From contig OZ037837.1 of NCBI GenBank assembly GCA_964035575.1, forward strand, positions 558,001 to 622,000: a stretch of DNA of 64,000 bases, in the 5' to 3' direction. This document shows, piece after piece, positions 1 through 11,213 of this stretch (the first letter of the stretch is position 1; every line of letters starts with the position of its first letter). This DNA is from Rhynchopus sp. YZ270_cl-10. Its lineage: Eukaryota. A model generated the notes under the pieces. The model saw only the letters and a list, made by a program, of their open reading frames with translations. It was not told where the DNA came from and searched no databases. The translations under genes and the position numbers were made by a program.

Positions 1-275
1 TGGAAGGGTTTTAGAAGGCGGTAGTGGGTGCGGCAGCAGGAATCAAGAGAGATTCTTTGAAATGCTTCCGCGAGCAGTGTCGGGTGAGGGGCTTGAAAGC
101 TGATGACACAAAGTCGGGTCATTTGCAAAGGATGAAGAAGGAGGATGGCATCAAGGATTCTGACGAAAGCGAAGCCGAAAAGGCTGAAGAGACTACAGAG
201 GGTGATGAGGATGGAGAGAGCGACTCATCGGAGCCATCTGTTCCGCATCAGCCTAGACTAGGCTTAGTCTTATGA
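1..275 (+). other. Possible 3' remnant of an ORF with a SAP-like motif and an acidic tail
   Basis: LKCFREQCRVRGLKADDTKSGHLQRM loosely resembles the SAP consensus and is followed by a D/E-rich tail; at the window edge and opposite in strand to the other genes. Confidence 0.25.
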
Positions 276-1023
276 ATGTCATGTGTAGCTTGCTTCTTAA
301 ATGCTGTTATTTATGCATTATTTGCATGTGATGCCTTCAGAGAAGAAATAGCACAACACGAGGAGGACTTCTATGCATGATCAGTTGAAAGCACTACTTG
401 CCACGTTGGAGGCAGCGCGACGCAGGGGGAAGTGGCAGTGGAGCAGTGGAAATGAGAGAAAAAGGGGAGCTTTTTTATTGAGTATTTGAACGAGTATTGA
501 ACAGAAAAATCAAAAACACACTAAAACACTACGGTGGTGTGGCTGAAACACTTTTTTATTTGGGGGGGGGGGGGGGGGGGCTCTGAGGAGGCAAAGTGAC
601 CCTCCGAGAGCCTTGTCGGCCTTTGAATAATAGTCACTAGTTTCGTTATTTACTGTTCAACGCAAAGCAGGAAACAGACGCAACAACATGAGGTGGTGCA
701 AACAGTACACGACAGCACACAACAGTGGTTGTCAAAGGTAGGTGCCTTCTGGGAACACAAGCAGGAGGAAAGGCTACGTGGTGCCACACACGGCATGCAC
801 ACCTGGGGTTAGAGGTACTCGCGCCTTCCCACGCCATTGACGGTAGTTGTGTTTCACGTGTGCAAAAGCCACTGCGGAACGGTGCGGTCTCCATTGCCAA
901 CCCACCACAACGAGAGACATGTGCTATCTATCTTTGCGTATCTTCCCGCTTGGAGTTACACAGGCAAGGTGCAGGAAAAGGGAAGCAAAAGTAGATGGGC
1001 ACCTTTCCGTTGTGGAAGTGGGT

Positions 1024-2127
1024 TCAAGACAGTTGTGTCGTGTCGACAACATTCACACCGTCATCCCCTCCGTACATCACCACACCACCACAGCTGCTGA
1101 TTGCAATACCGTAAGAAGAATGGCTCTCGCTTGCACGACACGGCAGTTCCCTCTGTTCCCCTGTTGAGATGGACCACACGCACAAAGACTCTGAATCGGG
1201 CGCGTAGACAGCAACAATGTCGTCGGACACAGCCATGTCAGTCCAGAAGTTTTCAGAGTCATCTTCAAATACACGTTCACCTGTTTCAATGTCCCAGACG
1301 AGTACGCAGTCTGGGCCACACCCTGCAATGAAACGCTGGTTTGGTGTCAGTGCTATATAAGCACTGCGAGTAGGGAACGTAAGGCCAAGCACCTCGACCC
1401 CTGTCGTGTAGTCCCATACGGTGAGTAGGTTGCTGTTCTTCCCAAACATCGCCACCCTGTCGCCTGCCACAAGCATGACGTACTCGCACTGCACAATGTG
1501 GTCCCATTCATGCACAACAACGCCTGTTGCAATGTCCCACACCTGCAAACCCTTGCTGCCACACGACAACAGCTTTGTTCCACAAGGTGACCATGCCGTG
1601 GTCCTCGTCTCATCACCATCTGGAAGTTCTTCTAAAGAGTGCTCCAGTGCACCTGTCCTCACGTCATGAACTTCAGCACACTGCGTGTCCTCGTTGACAC
1701 ATGAGATCCACTCACTGCACGGTGAGAAGGCTGGGTTGCTATTATGCTGGCACCGGAAGTGGCACTGACGCTCATGTGTTTCTGTGTCGAAGATGGACAG
1801 ACCCTCCTCACGCCACATCACTGCAAGGTACCTATCACACGGGGAGAGTGTGAGCGAGAATGTATCATCCACACGTGGTATCACCCCAGGAGTGATGTTG
1901 GCTCCAGTGCAGTACAGCTCAACGGCACACCCCTCATCCATCACCGTATCGCAGATGCGCAAGTCGTCGTTCCCGATGTCGCCACCGCCTCTCATCCGCA
2001 CACCAACATGCCGAGCACGTGGCACGCCAAGCTCCGCAACAAGCTTACCCTTCACCTGTGCAAGAGTGTCGCTCCCGTCCACTTCTATCACACAGCTTGC
2101 AGACTCGAAGTGTCCTGTGATGTCCAT
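1024..2127 (-). CDS. Ubiquitin-like (UBL) domain + WD40 beta-propeller protein, copy 1 (367 aa)
   Basis: Start MDITGHFES is shared by all copies; beta-grasp-like N-terminus (VIEVDGSDTLAQVKGKL...DLRICDTVMDEGCAVELY) then WD40 blades (AFSPC, LQVWDIATG, VLVWDIETG). Confidence 0.85.
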   Translation of the reverse strand: MDITGHFESASCVIEVDGSDTLAQVKGKLVAELGVPRARHVGVRMRGGGDIGNDDLRICDTVMDEGCAVELYCTGANITPGVIPRVDDTFSLTLSPCDRYLAVMWREEGLSIFDTETHERQCHFRCQHNSNPAFSPCSEWISCVNEDTQCAEVHDVRTGALEHSLEELPDGDETRTTAWSPCGTKLLSCGSKGLQVWDIATGVVVHEWDHIVQCEYVMLVAGDRVAMFGKNSNLLTVWDYTTGVEVLGLTFPTRSAYIALTPNQRFIAGCGPDCVLVWDIETGERVFEDDSENFWTDMAVSDDIVAVYAPDSESLCVWSISTGEQRELPCRASESHSSYGIAISSCGGVVMYGGDDGVNVVDTTQLS

Positions 2128-2266
2128 GTTCAGGGGGGGTAACTCTGTTCTGTGGGGTATGGTGTGTGGGAGGGCAGAGAAGACGGGTGGGGTGGTGTTT
2201 GTGAAGGAAACGAGATGTGCTGTCATTTTCAAAAAATACTAGAGAACACACAAGTTCAATCAAAGT

Positions 2267-2539
2267 GTCACAAGGTGCCAGGTTCTATGATAAGCACGGA
2301 ACCACCCTGCACCTGTTTGTCATATTGTTTCCCGTGCAATACATGGATAAACGTTTCGCACTCAAAACTAGGGATTTTTGATAAAAATTATCAAAATGCA
2401 AAAACCAGCGCGTGTGGAGGAAAAAAGGAGAGAACTATATTTATTCCGATTCGAAGTGATGCTTATGTTTTGGGTACGGGGCGGAGAATAAATTCTGTTT
2501 CGATAAAAGAAACGCGAGCTTATTGTTTTCTCTTGCTCA
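2267..2539. mobile_element. Non-autonomous derivative (termini B+A only) of the YR retrotransposon at 54593-61717
   Basis: 2267-2374 matches repeat B (cacaaggtgcc.ggttctatgataagcacggaaccaccctgcacctgtttgtcatat...aaactaggga); 2375-2539 is a diverged match to repeat A (...ttttgggtacggggcggagaataaa..ctgt.tcgataaaagaaacgc...cttg.tca). Confidence 0.8.
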
Positions 2540-3059
2540 GATGTGGTACTAAAAAAACAATAGAGATAACTACTTGGATACCCTGAAAGTGACCAAACAA
2601 TAGGCCCAGGGCGAAATGCAACAATAACATCATTGATAATAGGAGGGACTTTATTTTACAATCTGTTTTTTGACTGCACCTAGCTCTCGAAGGCAAGAGG
2701 CAAGAACATGAGGTGGTGCACACACGCACAGTACATCACAGCGCACAACAGTCGTGGTGAGGATGTTGTCAAGCAGGTACCTTCTCGGAACACAAGCAGG
2801 AGGAAAGGCTACGTGGTGCCACACACGGCATGCACACCTGGGGTTAGAGGTACTCACGCCTTCCCACGCCATTGACGGTAGTTGTGATTCACGTGTGTAA
2901 AAGACACAGCGGGACGTTGCGGTCTCCATTGCCAACCCACCCACAACGAGAGACATGTGCTATCTATCTTTGCGTATCTTCCCGCTTGGAGTTACACAGG
3001 CAAGGTGCAGGAAAAGGGAAGCAAAAGTAAATGGGCACCTTGCCGTTGTGGAAGTGGGT

Positions 3060-4160
3060 TCACGACAGTTGTGTGGTGTCGACAACATTCACACCGTCAT
3101 CCCCTCCGTACATCACCACACCACCACAGCTGCTGATTGCAACACCGTAAGAAGGATTGCTCTCGCTTGCACGAAACGGCAGTTCCCTCTGTTCCCCTGT
3201 TGAGATGGACCACACGCACAAAGACTCCGTACCGGGCGCGTAGACAGCAACAATGTCGTTCGACACAGCCATGTCAGTCCAGTAGGATGCTGTGTCATCT
3301 TCAAATACACGTTCACCTGTTTCAATGTCCCAGACGAGCACACAGTCTGGGCCACACGCTGCAATGAAACGCTGGTTAGGTGTCAGTGCTATGTAACAGA
3401 TGGGAAAAGAAGGGAACGTAAGTACAAGCACCTCGACCCCAGTCGTGTAGTCCCATACGGTGAGTAGGTTACTGTTCTCCCCAAACATCGCCACCCTGTC
3501 GCCTGCCACAAGCATAACGCACTCGCACTGCACAATGTGGTCCCATTCATGCACAACAACGCCTGTTGCAATGTCCCACACCTGCAAACCCTTGCTGCAG
3601 CACGACAACAGCTTTGTTCCACAAGGTGACCATGCCGTGGTCTTCCTCTCATCACCTTCATCTCCAAAAGAGTGCTCCAGTGCACCTGTCCTCACGTCAT
3701 GAACTTCAGCACACTGTGTGTCCTCATTGACACATGAGATCCACACACTGCACGGTGAGAAGGCTGGGTTGCTAGTATAGTCGCAAAGGAAGTGGCACTG
3801 ACGCTCATGTGTTGCTGTGTCGAAGATGGACAGACCCTCCTCTTGCCACATCACTGCAAGGTACCTGTCACACGGGGAGAGTGTGAGCGAGAATGTGTTG
3901 TCAGAACGTGGTATCACCCCAGGAGTGATGTTGGCACCAGTGCAGTACAGCTCAACGGCACACCCCTCATCCATCACCGTATCGCAGATGCGCAAGTCGT
4001 CGTTCCCGATGTCGCCACCGCCTCTCATCCGCACACCAACATGCCGAGCACGTGGCACACCAAGCTCCGCAACAAGCTTACCCTTCACCTGTGCAAGAGT
4101 GTCGCTCCCGTCCACTTCTATCACACAGCTTGCAGACTCGAAGTGTCCTGTGATGTCCAT
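3060..4160 (-). CDS. UBL + WD40 protein, copy 2 (366 aa)
   Basis: Intact paralog of copy 1 with the same UBL sequence. Confidence 0.85.
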   Translation of the reverse strand: MDITGHFESASCVIEVDGSDTLAQVKGKLVAELGVPRARHVGVRMRGGGDIGNDDLRICDTVMDEGCAVELYCTGANITPGVIPRSDNTFSLTLSPCDRYLAVMWQEEGLSIFDTATHERQCHFLCDYTSNPAFSPCSVWISCVNEDTQCAEVHDVRTGALEHSFGDEGDERKTTAWSPCGTKLLSCCSKGLQVWDIATGVVVHEWDHIVQCECVMLVAGDRVAMFGENSNLLTVWDYTTGVEVLVLTFPSFPICYIALTPNQRFIAACGPDCVLVWDIETGERVFEDDTASYWTDMAVSNDIVAVYAPGTESLCVWSISTGEQRELPFRASESNPSYGVAISSCGGVVMYGGDDGVNVVDTTQLS

Positions 4161-4449
4161 GTTCAGGGGGGTAACTCTGTTCTGTGGGGTATGGTGTGTG
4201 GGGAAGGCAGAGAAAACGGGAAAAAAGAGAACGGGGAGGGGGAGACACAGACGCGCAACTTTTCAGGAGGGTCTCTAGAGGATTTTGTAAAATGCTACGT
4301 GTTGACTAAAAAAGCAGTAGAGACCCTTTACTCCTTGGAGATACCCTGAAAGTGTCAAAACAATAGGCCCAGGACGAAATGCAACAATAACATCATTGAT
4401 AACAGGAGGGCGTTCAGGACAACAGCTAATGTGACCGCAATCGTGCACT

Positions 4450-5535
4450 TCATGACAGGTGTGAGATGTCAACAATCTCAACACCCGTGCCCCCTGCGTA
4501 TATCAGCACGTCAGTGCAGCTACTGATGGCGATACCGAAGTGGCACTCAACAACGTCACGGTGCAAGATCTTCTCAGATGTGGAGATGGACCAGAGACAC
4601 AACATTTTACCAGAAGAGTAAGCAGCAACAACGTCGTTCGACACAGCAACATCAGTCCACATGGTTTCTGAGACGTTTTCAAATATGCTTTCACCTGTTT
4701 CAATGTTCCATACACGCACACATTTGCCGCAACACGCTGCAATGAAACGCTGGTCTGGTGACAGTGCCAGATACGCAACATCAGAAGGGCATGTCATAAC
4801 ACGCACCTCGACCCCTGTCGTGTAGTCCCATACGGTGAGTAGGTTGCTGCTCTCCCCAAACATCGCCACCCTGTCGCCTGCCACAACCATAACGTAGCCT
4901 TCAACAATGTGGTCCCATTCATGCACAACAACGCCTGTTGCAATGTCCCACACCTGCAAACCCTTGCTGCCACACGACAACAGCTTTGTTCCACAAGGTG
5001 ACCATGCCGTGGTCTTCCTCTCATCACCTTCATCTCCAAAAGAGTGCTCCAGTGCACCTGTCCTCACTTCATGAACTTCAGCACACTCCATGTTCTGCTT
5101 GACACACGAGATCCACGCACTGCACGGTGAGAAGACTGGGGAATAATACACTTCTGCAGGGAAGCGGCTCAGAAGGTTATGTGTTTCTGTGTCGAAGATG
5201 GACACACCGTTATCGCGATCCATCACTGCAAGGTACCTGTCACACGGGGAGAGTGTGAGGAAGCAAGTCTCCTCCGTACCGTGTGGTATCACCCCAGGAG
5301 TGATGTTGGCTCCAGTGCAGTACAGCTCAACGGCACACCCCTCATCCATCACCGTATCGCAGATGCGCAAGTCGTCGTTCCCGATGTCGCCACCGCCTCT
5401 CATCCGCACACCAACATGCCGAGCACGTGGCACGCCAAGCTCCGCAACAAGCTTACCCTTCACCTGTGCAAGAGTGTCGCTCCCGTCCACTTCTATCACA
5501 CAGCTTGCAGACTCGAAGTGTCCTGTGATGTCCAT
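4450..5535 (-). CDS. UBL + WD40 protein, copy 3 (361 aa, most divergent propeller)
   Basis: Same UBL; first and last blades diverged. Confidence 0.85.
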   Translation of the reverse strand: MDITGHFESASCVIEVDGSDTLAQVKGKLVAELGVPRARHVGVRMRGGGDIGNDDLRICDTVMDEGCAVELYCTGANITPGVIPHGTEETCFLTLSPCDRYLAVMDRDNGVSIFDTETHNLLSRFPAEVYYSPVFSPCSAWISCVKQNMECAEVHEVRTGALEHSFGDEGDERKTTAWSPCGTKLLSCGSKGLQVWDIATGVVVHEWDHIVEGYVMVVAGDRVAMFGESSNLLTVWDYTTGVEVRVMTCPSDVAYLALSPDQRFIAACCGKCVRVWNIETGESIFENVSETMWTDVAVSNDVVAAYSSGKMLCLWSISTSEKILHRDVVECHFGIAISSCTDVLIYAGGTGVEIVDISHLS

Positions 5536-5896
5536 GTTCAGGGGGGTAACTCTGTTCTGTGAGGTATGGTGTGTGGTGTGGTGTGGAGGGTTGTGCAAGA
5601 ATGTCTTCAAGCACTGGGTTCTTCACGCGGTTGCCATTCATATGAAAACAATGGAGGTGGAGTGGTGGGTTCTGGTAGACATCATTGGTGGGAAGGTCCA
5701 CATTGTTGCACACGAAGATGAAAGCTTCGTGCGTGGGGTAGGAGTACGGGTGTGCCTTAAGGGGTGCTCTCGGATGCGGTGGTGAACAATTGTGTGATTT
5801 CGCTATTTTTTATTTTACAATCTGTTTTTTAACTCTCGCAGGCAAGGTGCAGGAAAAGGGAAGCAAAAGTAGATTGGCAGCGTTGTGGAAGTGGGT

Positions 5897-7000
5897 TCAA
5901 GCCAGTTGTGTGGTGTCGACAATATTCACACCGTCATCCCCTCCGTACATCACCACACCACCACAGCTGCTGATTGCAATACCGTAAGAATCGTGGCTCT
6001 CGCTTGCACGACACGGCAGTTCCCTCTGTTCCCCTGTTGAGATGGACCACACGCACAAAGACCCCGTATCGGGCGCGTAGACAGCAACAATGTCGTTCGA
6101 CACAGCCACGTCAGTCCAGAAGTTTTCCGAGTCATCTTCAAATACACGTTCACCTGTTTCAATGTCCCAGACGAGCACACAGTCTTCGTCACACCCTGCA
6201 ATGAAACGCTGGTTAGGTGTCAGTGCTATGTAACAGATAGAAGAAATGAACGTAACTACAAGCACCTCGACCCCAGTCGTGTAGTCCCATACGGTGAGTA
6301 GGTTGCTGCTCTTCCCAAGCATCGCCACCCTGTCGCCTGCCACAAGCATGACGTCCTCGCACTCCACAATGTGCTCCCATTCATGCACAACAACGCCTGT
6401 TGCAATGTCCCACACCTGCAAACCCTTGCTGCAGCACGACAACAGCTTTGTTCCACAAGGTGACCATGCCGTGGTCCTCCTCTCATCACCATCTGGAAGT
6501 TCTTCTCCAAAGGAGTGCTCCAGTGCACCTGTCCTCACGTCGTGAACTTCAGCACACTGCGTGTCCTCGTTGACACATGAGATCCACGCACTGCACGGTG
6601 AGAAGGCTGGAGAATAATACACTTTTGCAGGGAAGCGGCTCAGAAGTTCATGTGTTGCTGTGTCGAAGATGGACAGACGCTCACGCCACATCACTGCAAG
6701 GTACCTGTCACACGGGGAGAGTGTGAGCGAGCGTGTGTTATCCACACGTGGTATCACCCCAGGAGTGATGTTGGCTCCAGTGCAGTACAGCTCAACGGCA
6801 CATCCCTCATCCATCTCCGTGTCGCAGATGCGCAAGTCGCCGTTCCCGATGTCGCCACCGCCTCTCATCCGCACACCAACATGCCGATCACGTGGCACGC
6901 CAAGCTCCGCAACAAGCTTCCCCTTCACCTGTGCAAGAGTGTCGCTCCCGTCCACTTCTATCACACAGCTTGCAGACTCGAAGTGTCCTGTGATGTCCAT
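5897..7000 (-). CDS. UBL + WD40 protein, copy 4 (367 aa)
   Basis: Intact paralog; mosaic of copy-1-like and copy-3-like segments. Confidence 0.85.
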   Translation of the reverse strand: MDITGHFESASCVIEVDGSDTLAQVKGKLVAELGVPRDRHVGVRMRGGGDIGNGDLRICDTEMDEGCAVELYCTGANITPGVIPRVDNTRSLTLSPCDRYLAVMWRERLSIFDTATHELLSRFPAKVYYSPAFSPCSAWISCVNEDTQCAEVHDVRTGALEHSFGEELPDGDERRTTAWSPCGTKLLSCCSKGLQVWDIATGVVVHEWEHIVECEDVMLVAGDRVAMLGKSSNLLTVWDYTTGVEVLVVTFISSICYIALTPNQRFIAGCDEDCVLVWDIETGERVFEDDSENFWTDVAVSNDIVAVYAPDTGSLCVWSISTGEQRELPCRASESHDSYGIAISSCGGVVMYGGDDGVNIVDTTQLA

Positions 7001-7463
7001 GTTCAGGGGGGTGACTCTGTTCTGTGGGGTATGGTGTATGATGTGCTGTGTAGGGTTGTGCAAGGTGATATCGCTATTCTCTATTTTACACCTGTTTTTT
7101 CAATGCAACTAGCTCTCGCAGGCAAGAGGCAAGAACATGAGGTGGTGCACACACGCACAGTACACCACAGCGCACAACAGTAGTGGTGAGGATGTTGTCA
7201 AGCAGGTACCTTCTCGGAACACAAGCAGGAGGAAAGGCTACGTGGTGCCACACACGGCATGCACACCTGGGGTTAGAGGTACTAGTTGTGCTTCACGTGC
7301 GCAAAAGACACAACGAAACGGTGCGGTCTCCATTGCCAACACACCTACAACAAGAGACATGTGCTATCTATCTCTGCGTATCTTCCCGCTTGGAGTTACA
7401 CAGGCAAGGTGCAGGAAAAGGGAAGCAAAAGTAGATGGGCACCTTTCCGTTGTGGAAGTGGGT

Positions 7464-8533
7464 TCAAGACAGTTGTGTGGTGTCGACAATATTCACACCA
7501 CGAATACTTGCTCTCCCTTGCACTACAAGGCAGTTGCCTCTGTTCACCTGTTGAGATGGACCACACGCACAAAGACTGCGTACCGGGCGCGTAGACAGCA
7601 ACAATGTCGTTCGACACAGCCATGTCAATCCAGTAGTATTCCGTGTCATCTTCAAATACACGTTCACCTGTTTCAATGTCCCAGACGAGCACACAGTCTG
7701 GGCCACACGCTGCAATGAAACGCTGGTTAGGTGTCAGTGCTATATAACATACGGAAGAAGAGGACGAAAGTACAAGCACCTCGACCCCTGTCGTGTAGTC
7801 CCATACGGTGAGTAGGTTGCTGTTCATCCCAAACATCGCCACCCTGTCGCCTGCCACAAGCATAACGCACTCGCACTGCACAATGTGGTCCCATTCATGC
7901 ACAACAACGCCTGTTGCAATGTCCCACACCTGCAAACCCTTGCTGCAGCACGATAACAGCTTTGTTCCACAAGGTGACCATGCCGTGGTCCTCCTCTCAT
8001 CACTACCAGGTAGTTCTTCTGCAAAGCGCGCTCCAGTGTACAGAGCGCTCCAGTGCACCTGTCCTCACGTCATGAACTTCAGCACACAGTGTGTCCTCGT
8101 TGACACACGAAATCCACGCACTGCACGGTGAGAAGGCTGGGCTGCTAGTATGGTGGCAAGGGAAGTGGCACTGACGCTCATGTGTTGCTGTGTCGAAGAT
8201 GGACAGACCCTCCTCACGCCACATCACTGCAAGGTACCTGTCACACGGGGAGAGTGTGAGCAACAATGTGTTATCCACACGTGGTATCACCCCAGGAGTG
8301 ATGTTGGCTCCAGTGCAGTATAGCTCAACGGCACACCCCTCATCCATCACCGTGTCGCAGATGCGCAAGTCGTCGTTCCCGATGTCGCCACCGCCTCTCA
8401 TCCGCACACCAACATGCCGAGCACGTGGCACACCAAGCTCCGCAACAAGCTTCCCCTTCACCTGTGCAAGAGTGTCGCTCCCGTCCACTTCTATCACACA
8501 GCTTGCAGACTCGAAGTGTCCTGTGATGTCCAT
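7464..8533 (-). pseudogene. UBL + WD40 copy 5, frameshifted
   Basis: Homology is split over ORFs 8003..8608, 7396..8058 and 7464..7715; a short duplication (gcgctccagtg twice, ~8028-8055) shifts the frame and a deletion near 7500 removes part of the last blade. Confidence 0.8.
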
Positions 8534-9217
8534 GTTCAGGGGGGTGACTCTGTTCTGTGAGGTATGGTGTGTGGTGTGGTGTGGAGGGTTGCGCAAGAAT
8601 GTCTTCAAGCACTGGGTTCTTCACGCGGTTGCCATTCATATGAAAACAATGGAGGTGGAGTGGTGGGTTCTGGTGGACATCATTGGTGGGAAGGTCCACA
8701 TTGTTGCACACGAAGACGAAAGCTTCGTGCGTGGGGTAGGAGTACGGGTGTGCCTTAAGGGGTGCTCTCGGATGCGGTGGTGAACAATTGTGTGATTTCG
8801 CTATTTTTTATTTTACAATCTGTTTTTTTAACTGCGCCTAGCTCTCGCAGGCAAGAGGCAAGAACATGAGGTGGTGCACACACGCACAGTACACCACAGC
8901 GCACAACAGTAGTGGTGAGGATGTTGTCAAGCAGGTACCTTCTCGGAACACAAGCAGGAGGAAAGGCTACGTGGTGCCACACACGGCATGCACACCTGGG
9001 GTTAGAGGTACTCACGCCTTCCCACGCCATTGACGGTAGTTGTGATTCACGTGTGTAAAAGACACAGCGGGACGTTGCGGTCTCCATTGCCAACACACCC
9101 ACAACGAGAGACATGTGCTATCTATCTTTGCGTATCTTCCCGCTTGGAGTTACACAGGCAAGGTGCAGGAAAAGGGAAGCAAAAGTAGATGGGCACCTTT
9201 CCGTTGTGGAAGTGGGT

Positions 9218-10312
9218 TCAAGCCAGTTGTATGGTGTCGACAATATGCACACCGTCATCCCCTCCGTACATCACCACACCACCACAACTGCTGATTGCAA
9301 CACCGTAAGAAGAATGGCTCTCGCTTGCACGAAACGGCAGTTCCCACTGTTCCCCTGTTGAGATGGACCACACGCACAAAGACCCCGTACCGGGCGCGTA
9401 GACAGCAACAATGTCGTCGGACACAGCCATGTCCGTCCAGTAGTATTCCGTGTGATCTTCAAATACACGTTCACCTGTTTCAATATCCCAGACAAATATG
9501 CAGTCTGGGTCGCACGTTGCAATGAAACGCTGGTTTGGTGCCCCTGCAATAATACATATGGAAGAAGAGGACGAAAGTACAAGCACCTCGACCCCTGTCG
9601 TGTAGTCCCATACGGTGAGTAGGTTGCTGTCATGCCCAAACATCGCCACCCTGTCGCCTGCCACAAGCATAACGTCTTTGCACTCCACAATGTGGTCCCA
9701 TTCATGCACAACAACGCCTGTTGTAATGTCCCACACCTGCAAACCCTTGCTGCCACACGACAACAGCTTTGTTCCACAAGGTGACCATGCCGTGGTACGC
9801 GTCCCATCACCCTGAGTTCGAAAAGAGTGCAGTGCACCTGTCCTCACGTCATGAACTTCAGCACACTGCGTGTCCTCGTTGACACATGAGATCCACGCAC
9901 TGCACGGTGAGAAGGCTGGGTTACTAGTATGGTGGCAAGGGAAGTTGCACTGACGCTCATGTGTTGCTGTGTCGAAGATGGACAGACCCTCCTCACGCCA
10001 CATCACTGCAAGGTACCTGTCACACGGGGAGAGTGTGAGCGAGAATGTATCATCCACACGTGGTATCACCCCAGGAGTGATGTTGGCTCCAGTGCAGTAC
10101 AGCTCAACGGCACATCCCTCATCCATCTCCGTGTCGCAGATGCGCAAGTCGTCGTTCCCGATGTCGCCACCGCCTCTCATCCGCACACCAACATGCCGAG
10201 CACGTGGCACGCCAAGCTCCGCAACAAGCTTCCCCTTCACCTGTGCAAGAGTGTCGCTCCCGTCCACTTCTATCACACAGCTTGCAGACTCGAAGTGTCC
10301 TGTGATGTCCAT
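9218..10312 (-). CDS. UBL + WD40 protein, copy 6 (364 aa)
   Basis: Intact paralog. Confidence 0.85.
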   Translation of the reverse strand: MDITGHFESASCVIEVDGSDTLAQVKGKLVAELGVPRARHVGVRMRGGGDIGNDDLRICDTEMDEGCAVELYCTGANITPGVIPRVDDTFSLTLSPCDRYLAVMWREEGLSIFDTATHERQCNFPCHHTSNPAFSPCSAWISCVNEDTQCAEVHDVRTGALHSFRTQGDGTRTTAWSPCGTKLLSCGSKGLQVWDITTGVVVHEWDHIVECKDVMLVAGDRVAMFGHDSNLLTVWDYTTGVEVLVLSSSSSICIIAGAPNQRFIATCDPDCIFVWDIETGERVFEDHTEYYWTDMAVSDDIVAVYAPGTGSLCVWSISTGEQWELPFRASESHSSYGVAISSCGGVVMYGGDDGVHIVDTIQLA

Positions 10313-10746
10313 GTTCAGGGGGGTGACTCTGTTCTGTGGGGTATGGTGTGTGGTGTTGATATCAGTTTCCTGAAGGTAATTCGTGCTAATCAAATCAAGG
10401 CCGCACTTACAAAGTTTAGCCACAAACTACGCCCCCCTGCCTACTATCAGGTATCGCCAAGCCTGTGTTTATGGCGGTATGACGATGTTTTGTCTGAGAT
10501 TCCAACTTTCGGAAAATCAGTTTTCTGAAAACGGGGGTGGGAAAAAATCGCGAATAGAAAACAAAAATGGGGGCGATATTGAAAAAGTTGGAACGCTTCC
10601 TCACCCAGACAACACTCTTGGGTGTACATTCTTTTTTTCTATCCCCCAAAACGACAGAAATGGAAAAAAAAAAGAGAAAAACCCCTTTGCATGAAGTACA
10701 GAAATGAGGTGAGTGAACAATAGAATTTGTTCGAATAATAAAAAAA

Positions 10747-11025
10747 GAAAAGCAAAAGGAGTAGCTGCTGAGGGTTAAGAGAACAACAACTACTGAGAAC
10801 ACCGATCACTCGGCAACATAGATTTAAACAGCGAAGACACAAAACGAATAATAAAAATAGAATCTGACTTCGAAATGTGAATAAAAACAAAACAAAACAA
10901 AACATTGAAACCGCACTCCTACTTTTCCTTTTTGTGTTTACCCGCCCCAGAAACAATAAAGACAATAAAGACAAAAGGGAGAGGTTGTGGTGAAACGCAC
11001 ACACCTCGACCTGTCGGTGAAGTGT
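10747..11025. repeat. Dispersed repeat containing part of a ~185 bp MITE-like unit; second copy at 11138-11213 + 12049-12330, inverted copy at 19010-19202, fragments near 39578-39615 and 62200-62258
   Basis: Shared string tgaaaccgcactcctacttttcctttttgtgttt...gagaggttgtggtgaaacgcacacacct; the 19021-19202 copy has imperfect terminal inverted repeats aaattgaacaccgtacccct / aggagtgtggtttcaattt. Confidence 0.75.
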
Positions 11026-11213
11026 GGCTTGTAGAGCACAGACATGGGATGGAGAGGGGGCTGCCTATGTGGGGGAGAGGTGAAAAGGGGTACAAAAGGA
11101 AACAATATCATTTCTTTGTACATTGCACGTCCCTGAAAGAAAAGCAAAAGGAGTAGCTGCTGAGGGTTAAGACAACAACAACTACTGAGAACACCGATCA
11201 CTCGGCAACATAT

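Noticed and set aside
646..1023. Small ORFs in the repeated UBL-WD40 spacer
   Set aside because: Frames are not preserved among spacer copies; at most decayed coding sequence
1024..10312. Diversity-generating retroelement acting on the WD40 genes
   Set aside because: Differences are not adenine-specific and include indels; no template-repeat/variable-repeat pair; the only RT present is DIRS-order
10690..10704. Spliced-leader-like tttctgtacttcat on the minus strand (also aagctacagttt at ~20747)
   Set aside because: Only 12-14 nt matches; no full SL exon or SL RNA gene
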